Made by a program: the position numbers and the translations under genes
From: Mobula hypostoma
Lineage: Eukaryota
Length of the DNA stretch: 64,000 nt
Assembly (NCBI RefSeq): GCF_963921235.1
Contig: NC_086097.1
Location: 78,928,001-78,992,000, forward strand
Direction of reading: 5' to 3'
In this document: positions 38,199 to 51,260 of the stretch, in pieces
Layout: every line of letters begins with the position of its first letter
Numbering within the stretch: the stretch's first letter is position 1
The notes under the pieces: model-generated
Database searches by the model: none
Seen by the model: only the letters and a program-made list of their open reading frames with translations
What the model was told of the DNA's origin: nothing

Positions 38199-41100
38199 AT
38201 TCTCAAAAGATGAAAACGGAAGGAAGCCAAGAACGAGGTTGATTCTTTCTGACTCTGAGTGAACTTTAATCAAGTTGACATGTATCATTTAGTGTAACCT
38301 TCAGCAGCCATATCTTTGATAGTTTGCCAAAACAGTTAAATGGAATCATGACACTTATCCACTTAGGTGACAATCAATTTGGAGACCGTCACACTGAAAT
38401 TTCAGACAGATTCAAAGCACCAAATTTGCTAGTTTGCTCTGTTTCTTGGTTTCACATGCAGAATGTGAGACTTCAATAAGTTTTATCATTCATCGAGTGA
38501 ATTTATAGATTGCCAGCTAATGTACTGTTTACTTAGGGACACTGGAGATAGAAAGCTTGGAGATTGGAGCAATTCACAACATGCTTGGAACTCCATGGTG
38601 CTCCATGTCATTTGACAAGGATGACTTTTTTTTTTAAAAAAGTCAAATAAAAATGCTAAATGTTTGGGCAACATTAGTTTTAATACTTAAATTTAAAATC
38701 ACTACAATGACATGATAAAAATTAAACTCTTCAGAGGGGAGGGGAAAATGTATTTGATGCACTTCAAAATAAAAATAATGAACTTTGACCCAGTGTGGTG
38801 TTTAGTGACAAGCATGCGTTATTTTGCAGTGTTTCAAGATGGCAATTAACATTGTTCACATTATATCCATTTATCAGTGTTAACAGACGAATCAGTATAG
38901 GATTTAAACTTACTACTGTAGCTGTCAAAAACAATTAGATAAATACTTGAAGGGGGAAAAAGGCTGTAGTGACATGGGGTGGAAGTGGAACTAAGTCTAT
39001 TCCTTGTTGAAAGTATTGTCACTGATCAACCCAACTCCTACTTCCGAAAGAAATCTACTATTCTGCAAGATCATTTTTTCAATTATTATAATACAAGTGA
39101 CAAAGAATTAAGTTCTGCACAATAAATAAAAATCGGAGGAAATAAATCACAACCATTTAGACAATCATAAAAGGTGATGTGTAATTCCAAAAACAGAAAT
39201 ATTGATACATAAAAGTTGTAAATTTGGTTGACAAATTTTACTGGTGTAGGAAAAATTAATAAAATATTCACAAGTTAGATGCTGTTTTAGCTCTAGATTA
39301 CAAAATATTCTCAAAGGTTTGTCAAGAGTTACTTTTAAAGTGGTCAAGTCACAGTCTGCTAGTTTAATAGAAAGTTAGACAAACAATCGCACCTTATTTG
39401 GCATTTAACATTAATTCCCATGGTAAAGCTAAGTGGATTCCATGTTAAAAGTGCTTTTTACAGTGCAATTGAAACACAGCTCATACAATTGGAACGTGCA
39501 GTTTGTTCAGATATTACGTTATAATAGTAGACATATAAACAATAAACATCCTCTTCATTTTTCACACTTACAGCCCTCATTGGATTAATAGGTCTCATGC
39601 TTCATTTAGAGTTGTCAGTATAAAACGTGTGGAACCTCTGAAGCAAGCATTTTTGTTAGCTATAAGTTTAATATGCAAGTTCTTTAACTGCACAATTGTT
39701 TAGGTAAGATCTATGACACAAAAGCTCTTGTTATAATTGATCTAAAATTGTTAAATCATTTTTTTCTTGTTTGCATCATAGACAATAGCAAACGGGAGAG
39801 TGCTATGCAAATTTTATTTTTAAATGTTGTTATGATAAAGGAGGAAATGAGGAGAGTTAAAATTGTGATTATATAGGTCAAATATTCTAATATCCAAGTC
39901 CAGCTTTATTTTCTAATGACATACCTATGAAATCTGGAACCAAAATGATTGCGTATTTATAACAGAAAGAAAACTTTTAGGTATTAAGCGTTAAAGGCTT
40001 CAAATAGAGGACGACTCATTTTCTTGGGGAGGAAGTACCAGTCTATCAAATCTTGTTTGCAAAAGCAGCAGTAAAGTCCACCATCGGCGAAGAGCTGAGA
40101 TAGGTAGGGAATGAGAAGTATACAATTCACTGCCTGCCATTACAATGCCATTCAAAACTTGCCAAAATTCAAAAATTATTCTGAAGCAGGAAACTATTTG
40201 TTAATAGGCATGAAAAAAATACTTTTCTACCACCATCATTCCAATTGGGTTTTAATGGATGCTCAAATTAACATTTGATCTAACCTATATTTCAATAGAA
40301 TTAGATGTGGAAAACCTGCACAAATAAACTAAACTTTAGAATAATGGCATGGTGAAATCTATAGGAGTCATCTAGTGTATTAAATCACTCGAGCAGTCCT
40401 ACTATCTAAACAACATGATTTCTTTCTATTAAATGCATACAAATTGCATTAATTCTAACTTCAAAATCTGTTGCACTTGAATGCTTCTTCTGTGGAATTT
40501 GCTCCTTTTTTTATTAGAATTACAGGTTTGTTTTAGATTTTTTTGTGATATGCTTATTTCCCCAAAGGGAATTAGATTGGGCAAATATAAATACTCCATT
40601 GAATAAAGAATCGCACTGCACAGCTATAAGAAGTAGTATGCAGTATAATGTACCTTTTTAAAAAAATGGCATTAAAACATTACAGCACTTACAACATTAC
40701 AGTTGTGTTACAACTTTTCAAGAGGAATAGCATTTACAAGGTTGTTAAACTAGTAATACATTCTGTGTCATTGAATGTGGTGTGAATACTGCTTTGTAAT
40801 CACACTACATTCAATGTGACACAGCATGAGGTACTAGTTTATGTTAGTCTTCATGAAACCTTCAATATTACCTATATGGTTGTCATTTTACATATTTATA
40901 CTCCTGCATCATGATGTGAAATATACTATTTGCATAAAATAGTATACATCAAGGAATGCTAATTTTGTCAATCATCGGCATAATTTTCTTGCAAAACAGT
41001 TCAGTTATTAGTTTAATATCCATTTGAGAGATCCTAAGAATTAAAAATTCTCAAATAAAAATCTAACTTGCCCATCTTAGAAAAATATTGGGGGGCGGGG

Positions 41101-43182
41101 GGTAAAAAAACATTACATTAGCAAAAGAGAGTATACCAGAATGAAGTAGAGTGTACAGTAATTTGGAACTAACAGATATACAGTATTCGGTCATCTCCTT
41201 TCCTGCTATTTTCATAGATATTCTCTGTCCAAGACAGGACAGGCATGACAGTTTTTGTTTGTGGCATTGGGACACAAACAACAGTTTTCTAACATATTTC
41301 ATCAGTGCTTAGTCAAACAGACCAAAAGTATTCTAATATTCAAAATAAGCAACCTAAAAACTCATTCATGAAAATTTGAAGATGCACATTCACAAAATAT
41401 TACTACTGCTCATGAAGTAATTGCATTCAGTATTGAAGGTCACTTATTAATCCTCTATCATAATATATTAATAATTTAAAGTGAGCACTGATGATAATCA
41501 CAAAATGTACTTAATTATTTCTCCAACTGCTGACAAGAAAAACCAATGTAAATGTAAATATTTGGACACTGCTGCTACTATCAGCCATGCACATTTGTGC
41601 AATTTGTTGTGACAACTGACATCTGTGAACCAGATCACCCTGATAGACTTATCATAATTGAGTTTGTTTCATGAACATGTCATGCAAATGGCTACAGTTT
41701 CATCCTTTATCCAGTTACATCCAATTATAAGGTACAAATAGTAAAATAAAATACAGTAATAGGAAAACTGAGGTTAGTACTAAAAAATATTTCTTCATTT
41801 CAATAAGAATATATGTACATATTTGTAATAAAAATTCTTTTGTTTCTCTATGTACATAGTATTTTAGCTGGTTACTTAAAATACAAAGGAATTATATATT
41901 TTTTTCCAATTTCAGAAGTACATTTCAATGAAATTAATAGCTATACTACTACACATACTTTTATTCTCAAATTATTTCCAAAAATACTGTAACTCCAGTT
42001 TAAAGTTGAGGACAACATTCTTCACAATGATCTAATGACAAATATTGATGTGTTATTTCTTTGCACAGGAGAATCTTCTCTACATTTTGCGCTGAATTAG
42101 AAGGCTAGCCACATTTATTTCCAGTGCCATAGGGCTGTAGTGAGCAGGACACATTTGCGTGCTAACAAGGCTGATTTTCAGTGCACCCATATTAGACAGA
42201 TACAGTAGAATTCTCTGCTGGCATTCACCTCACAGCATATTGCAGAAGGCTACAGGCTCACACAGAATTGTAAAGAAACAGCCATAAGAAAAGCAATGTG
42301 GATGAAGAGAAATTGATGGAGGGTGAAGGGGGGAGAATGTAATTTAACTTGCTCATCACTGGAACAGTCAAGCATGAAAGTATCAGAAGAATTCACAATC
42401 CACCAATTGATGCCTGCAGGAATATCAATCATTTTGGATACAGAGTAAGTGAGATAATTTACTCTGAAATTTGTAAATCTCGGTAATTTTTAAGGAATGG
42501 AGCAGGCAAGTGATTCGGGTTCATAAAGGAAAACAGATCTGTTCTGATGGCACAATCTTTTCTCAAAAGTAAATTACAAAGGAGACTGCTTTGGAAGTAA
42601 TACATGCCAATTCTGCCATGTTTAGGTTTTCTGCTAACATGATTGAATCAAATAGGTACCACTCGATGAATGAAGACATCCAGAAAGGTTTTGTGACTGT
42701 AACCTGTAACCTCAGAAGAAAAACAATATGGAAATGTGTTCAACGCGAGTCCAACTTTTAACCTGAATAATCCACCCTTGAATTAAATCATAGTTCACAA
42801 TGCAATTGTGTCAAAAGCACACACTTGTTTGAATTGTTGCTGACACTGAACCAGCTATTATGGGTTTATTTATTAATCACTAGCCAATTCCTACTTCAAG
42901 GGAGTTAATTTGTAGTTATTTTAAACATATCGGAATCTGAACTGGAATAGATGGGGAGAAGAAACCACAGTCATATCCAAGTGCAACAGTATCCTTTTAA
43001 ATTTTAAGCAAAAAAACCAAAAATTGCATTAAGAATATGTGACAAAGTGATACTGCTAATTCCATGATTGTCCAAATAACTTTGGGACATTATTCCCATA
43101 CTTTTCGATGAATCTAATATAATTTCATGACAAATGTTCTTGAGGTAGCAATTAAGATCTTGTACAGCTTCAGTCTCGTACG

Positions 43183-43386
43183 TTAGTTGTTGTGGGTTTT
43201 TTGTGTCACTGTCTTAGGCTGATGTGATTTCAGCCAGTCCCTACAGATCTTCGATATGATTTCCTCCTGTGCTCTTTCAGCAGCCTCCAGCACTTCCTGT
43301 ACCCTGTGCACAGCCTGCATGATGTCAAGCTTCACAGCAACCAAATAGGCTGAGCGGTATTTATTACATAACAAGAAAGCTTTCAT
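43183..43386 (-). CDS. ZFYVE26: ZFYVE26 last coding exon (MKAFLLCNKYRSAYLVAVK...ICRDWL...*)
   Basis: ctgcag acceptor, TAA stop at 43185-43183; matches ORF 43183..43386. Confidence 0.9.
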   Translation of the reverse strand: MKAFLLCNKYRSAYLVAVKLDIMQAVHRVQEVLEAAERAQEEIISKICRDWLKSHQPKTVTQKTHNN

Positions 43387-43652
43387 CTGCAGGTATAATC
43401 AAAATTTTAAGTTACCAGATATCCATGGGAATGCACAGATCAGTATACTGAATTTCAGACCATGGTCCGCATGATCATAGGCACAGCTGCCAATGGCAAA
43501 ACAAGTGGAAGAGTTTGAACAAAAGCCAAAATCTCATGCTATTTTAATGAGTGACCCCAGAGAGAGCGACTGTAAATTCATAAGCTTTAAGAAGAGAAAT
43601 TTAAATTAGCACCGTGGATAGCAGAAGGATTCCATAGGTCAGCAGGAATGAG

Positions 43653-43685
43653 CGCTGAGTAGGTACAAACGCTGAGTAGGTACAA
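43653..43685. repeat. 17 bp tandem duplication
   Basis: cgctgagtaggtacaa(a) twice. Confidence 0.85.
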
Positions 43686-44988
43686 GTACTATAGATAGGG
43701 TTTGTTGAACCTTAGAAAGGAGAATGAAAAACTGAGCAAGATACCATTTGGTCTTGTACCAAGGTAGAAGAAAACAGTCTTTCTGATGGAGGGGATTTTA
43801 GGTCAGAAATGCAATTTATAGTCAATATAGATACAAATAGTCTGGCTAAAGTAGAAATAATGACCAGGGAAACAAATTAAATGAATGGTGAAGCCACTAT
43901 GAATAGATTTGATCCTCAAGTGGAGAAAAGTGCAGTTCATTAGAATGGATACTGGTCAAACATGGCTGTGTAAGAGAGCGAGAGCATGTGTGTGTAAGTA
44001 TGTGAGGGAGAGAGAGGAGTGATGTGTGTGTGTATATATATATATATATGGAAGATGTTAAATTCATTTATAATGAGTGCATAGATGAAAATTCAACAGT
44101 GAGGTTAATAGGAGATTTGGCCAATCATTTTAACGAAGAGGGTAAAGGATTAAGGGAACATGTTCCAGAGCATCGGACTTGTGTGACTGTTGATGGGAGG
44201 GCACAGGCTTAAGAGGGTAAAAAGCCAGAGAGTTCAGAGGAGAACTGTGGTTTGCAGCTTTGAAGGATGTAAAACAGAAAGGTAGCAAATTAAAGGCAAA
44301 ATATGAAAACTGAATTTGAAATGTACAATAGTTTTGATCATCTCACCAGTTATGTGGAGAAAATCTCAGCTCAAGTTCGCATGCTAGGAACTGGTGACAG
44401 TGAGGGAAAAATAATTAAGTGCTGGGTATTACCACTTATGACAAAGAATGAACTGAATTGGGGATTCTCGATATATTGCACAACTAACAGGCGGGCCAAT
44501 GGGATCATGGAGTGAAGCTGCAGTAACTAAGGTTGTAATTTGTGACCCTTTTGGTTAGAACTGTTGCAATACTGTCACAGGACAGGTGGCTAACTGGATA
44601 AAATATATTTAGTTGTATGGTGTAAGACAAAGGTGCCTGGAAAAAGAGTTCACCAGGTGGGAGGGGTGGAGATGGGGAGGCAAGAGGATCTCAGCAGAGA
44701 AAAATATTAAACTTAGAGTTTGTTTCTCATCCTGTAAGTTTTGGGGCACTATGTACAGTTCAAATTTGATACAGTACTTGCTCGTATTGCACACATACTT
44801 AAGCTAAACACTATTTGAAGTTCTGAATACTGCTGTTGTGACTTAAGTAGTTTGGCTACTGAACCTGTAATTTCCAAGTCTGAACAATTCTGCTGACCTG
44901 AGGATTAACCTGCCTCCCAATGTCAAAGTCAGCAGGAGTCTCAAATGTTTGTTTCTGAAGTAAAATGTACTGTCAACTTATTGCTTAC

Positions 44989-45039
44989 CTTGTTATCATC
45001 TTTCTTCATTTCAAGAATCAGATTCTCTAGCTCTTTTGA
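44989..45039 (-). CDS. ZFYVE26: ZFYVE26 small coding exon (SKELENLILEMKKDDNK)
   Basis: ttttcag acceptor, gtaagc donor, 51 bp in frame. Confidence 0.85.
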
Positions 45040-45574
45040 CTGAAAATAAAGATAAGTGTCTTAATCAATTTTGGAAATACTACTGATAATTAATTGCCCT
45101 ATATTAATAGATTAATTAGATTCAACAACACAAAAATCGGTGGCATTATTTCAAATAAATGTAACAGATAGTAGAATATTCCAAATCTGTTTATTCTACA
45201 TCTCTGTGCTTTCCATGGAATAAACCTAGTCAAGAAGTTACCACGAGGGCAACATCTGAGTGGTTCACACAAGTACTGATGTCTAAAAATGGATTATTGA
45301 AAATAATTGACGTTATGTCAAAATGGCCATGGAGTATCTTGTAATCACACTCGTGAGAGGTTCTTGGTCTAAAGATGCAACATCCAGAGCTTCTCCAAAA
45401 TAGCAGAATAGAGCAGTTCACATTTCTGCACATAATTTACCATGAGGTACAAAAGGAAGGTGAGGAAAACAAATTCATTACTTTAATAAGTGGCTCATAA
45501 TTACTCCCGCTTCTTATGAGGTTAAAGAGATGAAATTCAACGGCCAAAAGTTATAGCTCAAAACAGTTTTGAGA

Positions 45575-45790
45575 CGATTGGCAGAGACTGCAGATGCTGG
45601 AATCGGGAGCAACAAGCGACCTGCCAGACGAACTCCGCAGGTCGAGCATCATCCGTGGAGGTGTGGGGGAGAGGAGTTGTTTACATTTCAGTTCAAAATA
45701 TTTCCATCGATCCTGAAATGTTGACAATCGTTCCCCCATCTCACTGCTGCTGCACAACCTGCTGAGTTCTTCCAACAAGTTGCTTACTGT
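45575..45790. mobile_element. Older hairpin PLE-derived remnant from a diverged family
   Basis: ctgcagatgctggaatc...gaactccgcaggtcgagc arm against cctgctgagttcttcc arm, with a gaaatgttgac motif. Confidence 0.6.
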
Positions 45791-45911
45791 TCAAAATACT
45801 TGACCTAACTACAACCAATTTTTAAATGCAACTCCATGTTGGAAGATGAATGTGATTTGATGCCTTTCAAAAACAACCGTCATTTGGTAGTTAAATTTAT
45901 GTCGTTCTCAC

Positions 45912-46094
45912 CTGTGAAAGCTGCTGATCACCACCTTCAATAAATCGGATGAGAAGATTATCAGTCTCATCGCCACTAGCTACTCCCGACTCACTAACAC
46001 ATTTCAGCAGCTGTCTGACTTGGGAAATTTTGTGCTGTTGCAGAAGATGTTTGGCAGCTTTATCATACACAGCAGCTGCATCCAACTGAAAATC
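45912..46094 (-). CDS. ZFYVE26: ZFYVE26 coding exon (DFQLDAAAVY...QLLKCVSESG...QLSQ)
   Basis: cccag acceptor, gtgaga donor, 183 bp. Confidence 0.9.
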
Positions 46095-47167
46095 CTGGGT
46101 TGGAGATAAAATAAATGGACATTAAGGAATTAAAACAAATAGAACAGGTAAATCTTTTGTGAAATAGAGGTAGAAAAATATTGACAACTAGAACTATAAG
46201 ATCATTCTGAAGAACTTCAATGGGAGTAGGTGACATTGGGAAATAAGTGACGTAGAGACATCACTTTGAAAATGTCAGCACAAGAGCAAGGGAAAGGGTT
46301 ATTATAAATTCTTTTTTCACAGATGGTGGAATATGCAATGTTTCCAAGAGTGTGTAGCTGAGTTAGAGATCATAATGAAAAGAATACACTTCGGAAAGAA
46401 AACAGGATAATGATGGTGGTTTTCTATTGTAGTTTTGAGTCAGGCTAGACACTGTGGCTTAAAAGGTTATAACTCCATAGCCCATCATATTTCACAATTC
46501 TCTCTATAATTGATACTTATATGCCCAACTTAATTTACTTTATCTTCCTACACTTCTTAATAATGTGGGTGCACGCTTGTCGACTCCCACAACTTGGTAG
46601 CACCTGGATCTGATCAGTTGGTTTGCAAATGTCCAGGTTCGTACATAGGACAAAGCCATTAATGTCCCCACATCTTTCTAATACAATCTACTTCTTAATC
46701 TTGGGATAGAAATTGTTTACAGAAAATCCACATTAATAATATCAGGAACATTTTGTTTATTTACCCCCTCTTTTTGCATAACATTGGCGGATTTGGTGTT
46801 CTTTGTGGACTTGCCCCAATTTAAATTTCCTTTTGCTCTTAAGAATGTCAACCTGTGTTGAAGGTTCTAATGATTATTCCTATGTTACTCATCTGTGTCA
46901 TATTTGCATCTTTGCAATTTTTTTGAAAATCAGTTTCCAGTATTTCCTACCAGCTTCCTTCGGAATCATCTCATCTCAGTGATTAGGCTGGATTTTTTTA
47001 AGCATCTATTTCTTTTGAATAATAATCCTCACTGCACCTGGCAATTATACAATCTTCGTAGCAGCACCTCTGGGCAAGCAGACAGCATGACACTATCAAG
47101 ATTATCTTACATTTCTCTTTATTGGTAGTTTCTCTTTATTATTCCTTAACAGTTCTACCTTGATTGT

Positions 47168-48435
47168 CCTCTCCACCTACTTCAAAAGAGTGGCAATCAC
47201 ACCAGTGTCTAAGAAGAGCAAGGTGAACCGCCTCAACGACCATCCCCCAGTTGCACTCACATCTACTGTGATGAAGTGCTTTGAGGCGTTGGCCATGGCC
47301 AGAATCAACTCCTGCAAGGACCTGGACCTGCTGCAATTTGCCTATTGCCACAATAGGTTTACACCAGATGCTAGCTGTCCACTCAGCCTTCGATCACCTG
47401 AACAACAGTAATATTTATATCAGACTGTTGTTTATTGATTACAGCTCACCATTCAACATCAGTACTAATCAACAAGCTCCCAAACCTGAATCCCTCTACC
47501 TCCCTCTGCAACTGGATTCTTGGTTTCCTTATCAGGAGACCACAGTCAGTGTGGATTGGAAATAACATGTCCTCAACACTGGCATGCCTCAAGGATTTGT
47601 GCTTAGCCTACTGCTCTACTTTCTCTACACCCACAACTGTGCAGTTCGGCACAGCTTAAAACACCATCTATAAATTTGCTAATGATACAACTATTATTCA
47701 TAGAATTTCAGATGGTATTGAGGAGGCATACAGGTACAAGATACATCAGCTGGTTGAGTGGTATCAAAACAACGGCGTTGCACTCAACGTCAGTAAGACC
47801 ACAGAATTGACTCTGGACTTCATGAGGGGGAAGCCAAGGGAACACACATCAGTCCTTATTGATTATCAGCAGTGGAAAGGGTGAGCAGTTTCAAGTTCCT
47901 GGGTGTCAACATCTCTGAAGATCTATCCTGGGCCCAACGTATTGATGCAATTACAAAAGGAGGCACAACAGTGGCTATATTTCATTAGGAGGTTGTGGAG
48001 ACTTGGTCTGTCACCAAAGACATGTTCTATTTCTACAGGTGTACCACAGACAGCATTCTAACTGGCTCATCACCATCTGATGCGGAGGGGCTCTGCACAG
48101 GATCAGAAAAAGCTGCAGGAAGTTGCAAACTCAGCCAGCTCCATGGTGGGAACCAGCTTCCCCCAGTACCCAGGACATCTTCAAAAGGCAATGCCTCAAA
48201 AAGGCAGCATCCGTCATTAAGCACCCCTATCACTCAGAACATGCCCTCTTCTCACAGCTACCATCAAGGGAGTGGTGGAGCCCTGAAACAACACACTCAA
48301 CGTTTCAGGAACAGATTCTTCCCCACCGCCATCAGATTTCCGAATGGACAATGAACCCACGCAAACTATGTACTGCTATCACAAAACAACATATTTCACA
48401 ACTTATGCCAGTGATAGTAAATCTGAATCTGATTC
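47168..48435 (+). mobile_element. Degenerate Rex/Babar-type LINE fragment
   Basis: PVALTSTVMKCFE, DLLQFAY, LFIDYSS and RFRNRFFPTAIR remnants; tctgaatctga tail. Confidence 0.8.
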
Positions 48436-49826
48436 ACTATACACGTGCCTTTTCACTTTCTTTGTTAATTTTCTCTTTTATTTCATTTTTTGCTTTTCTT
48501 TTCTATAATTTTTTTGGTTTCCTTTTATTAAGATTTCTTCTTCAATTTTCAAATTTGTTTATATCTCCTGGTTCAACCACCAGACCAAAGATATCCTCCT
48601 GTATTTTTAGGCATCGATGAATTTAAAGATGTGCCTTTTCACAGATGACACTATCCCAAGTCTTGGTTACATAAACTTCAAGGCACATAAACAGGCATTT
48701 GACCAAACAGTGTGCAACTCCATCTTGGCTCTAATCCATTCTCATACGTTTCTTCAGCCTCCTTTTAAATGTTATCTATACCATACATTTCAATCATTCC
48801 TTGTAGTAGGAGTTCCACTTTATCACTACTCTTTAGAATAGGGATTCCCAACCTTTCTTATGCCATGAAGTTTTGCTCTTAACCGAGGAGTCCGTGGACC
48901 CCAAGTTGAGAACCACTGTTTAAGTTTCTTCTGAAACTCTCACTGGATTTTTTTTGATGATAATTAATTGTTGACTATTAATGCCATTAATCTCTATGCT
49001 CTTCCCTACAAGTGAAACACTCTCTGTATCCACTCTATTAAAAAGCTTACACCATTTTAATCAGGTCACACCTCCTCCCAGCCTACTCATGCACTCACAA
49101 TTCCAAATATTCCCTGAAATTCCTCAGATCTTATTTCTTATATATCTTTTTTTATAATATGACCAACAGAAATCTATGTAGTGCTCCAACTCTGATCTAA
49201 CCAAAGTTTGATGCACGCTACGCATAACCAGCATATTTTTTTTCGATTTTATTCCACTGGAAATAAATCTTGTTTGGTTTGCTTATTTTGAGGATTTACC
49301 AATCTATGACACAGTTTACACTAATAGTGATAGAGATAATCTAAGATTCATTTCTCTTACATTCCACCTAGACTCGTGCATTGCGAGCAATAAGTGATCT
49401 TTCTGTTCTTCTCACCTCATTTATCTGTACTGAACTCGATTTGCCGATTGTTTATCCAATTCTAAAAGTTATTAACAGCTTCTTTGTAACTTGTTGATGA
49501 TCTGCAAACTGTCATCAAATCCTCCCCCACAACGCCAAAGTTTGTATCACCAAGCCTCTTGCCTTCCAGCAGAATCCAATAACGGATTCTCAGTGGAAGG
49601 TTACACATGGCAGCAAAACTCCATCCTGCCCTCATCTAACACCCACACACAAATACACTTTAGCAGAGACAACATAAGCAGGTTTAAGATTGGATTTCTT
49701 ATTTTCACAGCACAGCACAGGGTTAATTACTGGTACTACAGCATCAGCAGAAACTTTAAAAATACAGAGTGTTCGGTCAGGTGATCAGAGGAACTATAAA
49801 CTTACGTTAAAGAATGTTTTCGTTAC

Positions 49827-49886
49827 CTGAATAACTCGGAAAGAAATCCCAAAACCTTCTTCAATATTTTTGCCTCCAAGTAGAAC
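49827..49886 (-). CDS. ZFYVE26: ZFYVE26 coding exon (VLLGGKNIEEGFGISFRVIQ)
   Basis: ttccag acceptor, gtaacg donor, 60 bp. Confidence 0.9.
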
Positions 49887-50003
49887 CTGGAATAAGGACA
49901 GCAATGACATTATTGGCAACTTCATACAAAAATGCTTTCTGGATATTGGCTTCTTCATGAATGGTTTTATGAATAATGTTGAAAATTACAATACAGGACA
50001 CAC

Positions 50004-50142
50004 CTTGCATGCAACCTCTATCTTCATTTTGTTATTGCCAAAGAGATTGGCAGGAGGTCCACTGATCCTTGAACTCCCTGAGATCTCACATCGTTGCAAA
50101 AACTTTGTTACTTCAATCTGTAGTTCAATTGTATTAATGTAC
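50004..50142 (-). CDS. ZFYVE26: ZFYVE26 coding exon (YINTIELQIEVTKFLQRC...NLFGNNKMKIEVACK)
   Basis: atcag acceptor, gtgtgt donor, 139 bp, in phase. Confidence 0.88.
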
Positions 50143-51051
50143 CTGATAATAAATATGCAAACAGATTTTGCACATGATCAATTGAAATGACAAAAACAAC
50201 TTCTGAGTTATCATTGGTACATTTCTGTTAATGTACCTTCCATGTGGTCCATAGAGCTTTGTATGACAGCTCTCTCTTACAGCAGTGCATCAAAACAAAC
50301 TACTGAACTTTATGCTGAAACAAGATGGAAAAACTGAAATACTTCTTTTTAAATCAAAGCCGCATTTAAAAATATTCAACAAAATAGTGAGGAAGCAGGC
50401 TGGCACAAAAAACCCTAAATGACTCCTTTGGTGTTGTACCGTCACACACGTTAGCTGTAAGGAACCATACAGTTTCCATTAATTCAGTAGTTCTCAGGTG
50501 AGTCTTTGGCAGATATGCTGAAAAGCTCTCATTATTGCAATGCTTGCAAACCCATACAATTAGATGGGGAATTCTAAGATATTGATTCAACAATCGTAGT
50601 AACTGAAACAACTGCCCCCTTTTCCTCAACTGTTAACTTTTGGTAAGGTGTTAATCTGTAAACTTTTGTAAAGTTGGGAAAGTCAGAAATGTTTTCTGTA
50701 CTTCTCAATGCCTCAGTAAATCAGCCAGTGTAATCAAAGACCCCACTCACCCTGAACGTTCTCTCTTCTCCCCTTTTCTATTAGGCAGAAGGTACAAAAG
50801 CATGAAATCAAGTACCACCAGGCTCAAGGACAATTTCTACCCTGCTCTCATAAGACTATTAAATAATTCCCTGGTACAATAATTCGGACTCTTGTCCTCA
50901 CAATCATCACATTATGATCTTTCATCTTATTGTTTTCCTGCACTGTATTTTCTATGTAGCTACTGCACTTTATTCTGCATTGTTTCATCTTGTTCCACCT
51001 CAGTGCACTGTGTAATACTCTGAACTGTAGGAATAGTATTCCGGTAATGGG

Positions 51052-51260
51052 CACAAAATGCTGCAGGAACTCAGCAGGCCATGCAGCGTCTATAGAAAAA
51101 AAGTACAGTCGATGTTTCGGGCCGAAACCTTGCCGAAGGGTTTTGGCCCGAAACGTCGACTGTACTTTTTTCCATAGATCCTGCCTGGCTTGCTGAGTTC
51201 CTCCAGCATTTTGTGTGTGTTGCTGGGATTTCCAGCATCCGCAGATTTTCTCTTGTTTGT
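51052..51260. mobile_element. Mini hairpin PLE with head-to-head hammerhead-derived arms, inside an older LINE tail
   Basis: Inverted arms of about 75 bp centred on ccttgccgaaggg, plus a one-sided tail. Confidence 0.85.

Noticed and set aside
48839..48918. Possible hAT-type MITE (tagggattcccaacc...gttgagaaccactg)
   Set aside because: TIRs are imperfect and there is no clear 8 bp TSD
427..51260. CRISPR array or prokaryotic defence system suggested by recurring short repeats
   Set aside because: The repeats are dispersed retroelement termini in a spliced vertebrate locus; there is no regular repeat-spacer period and no cas genes
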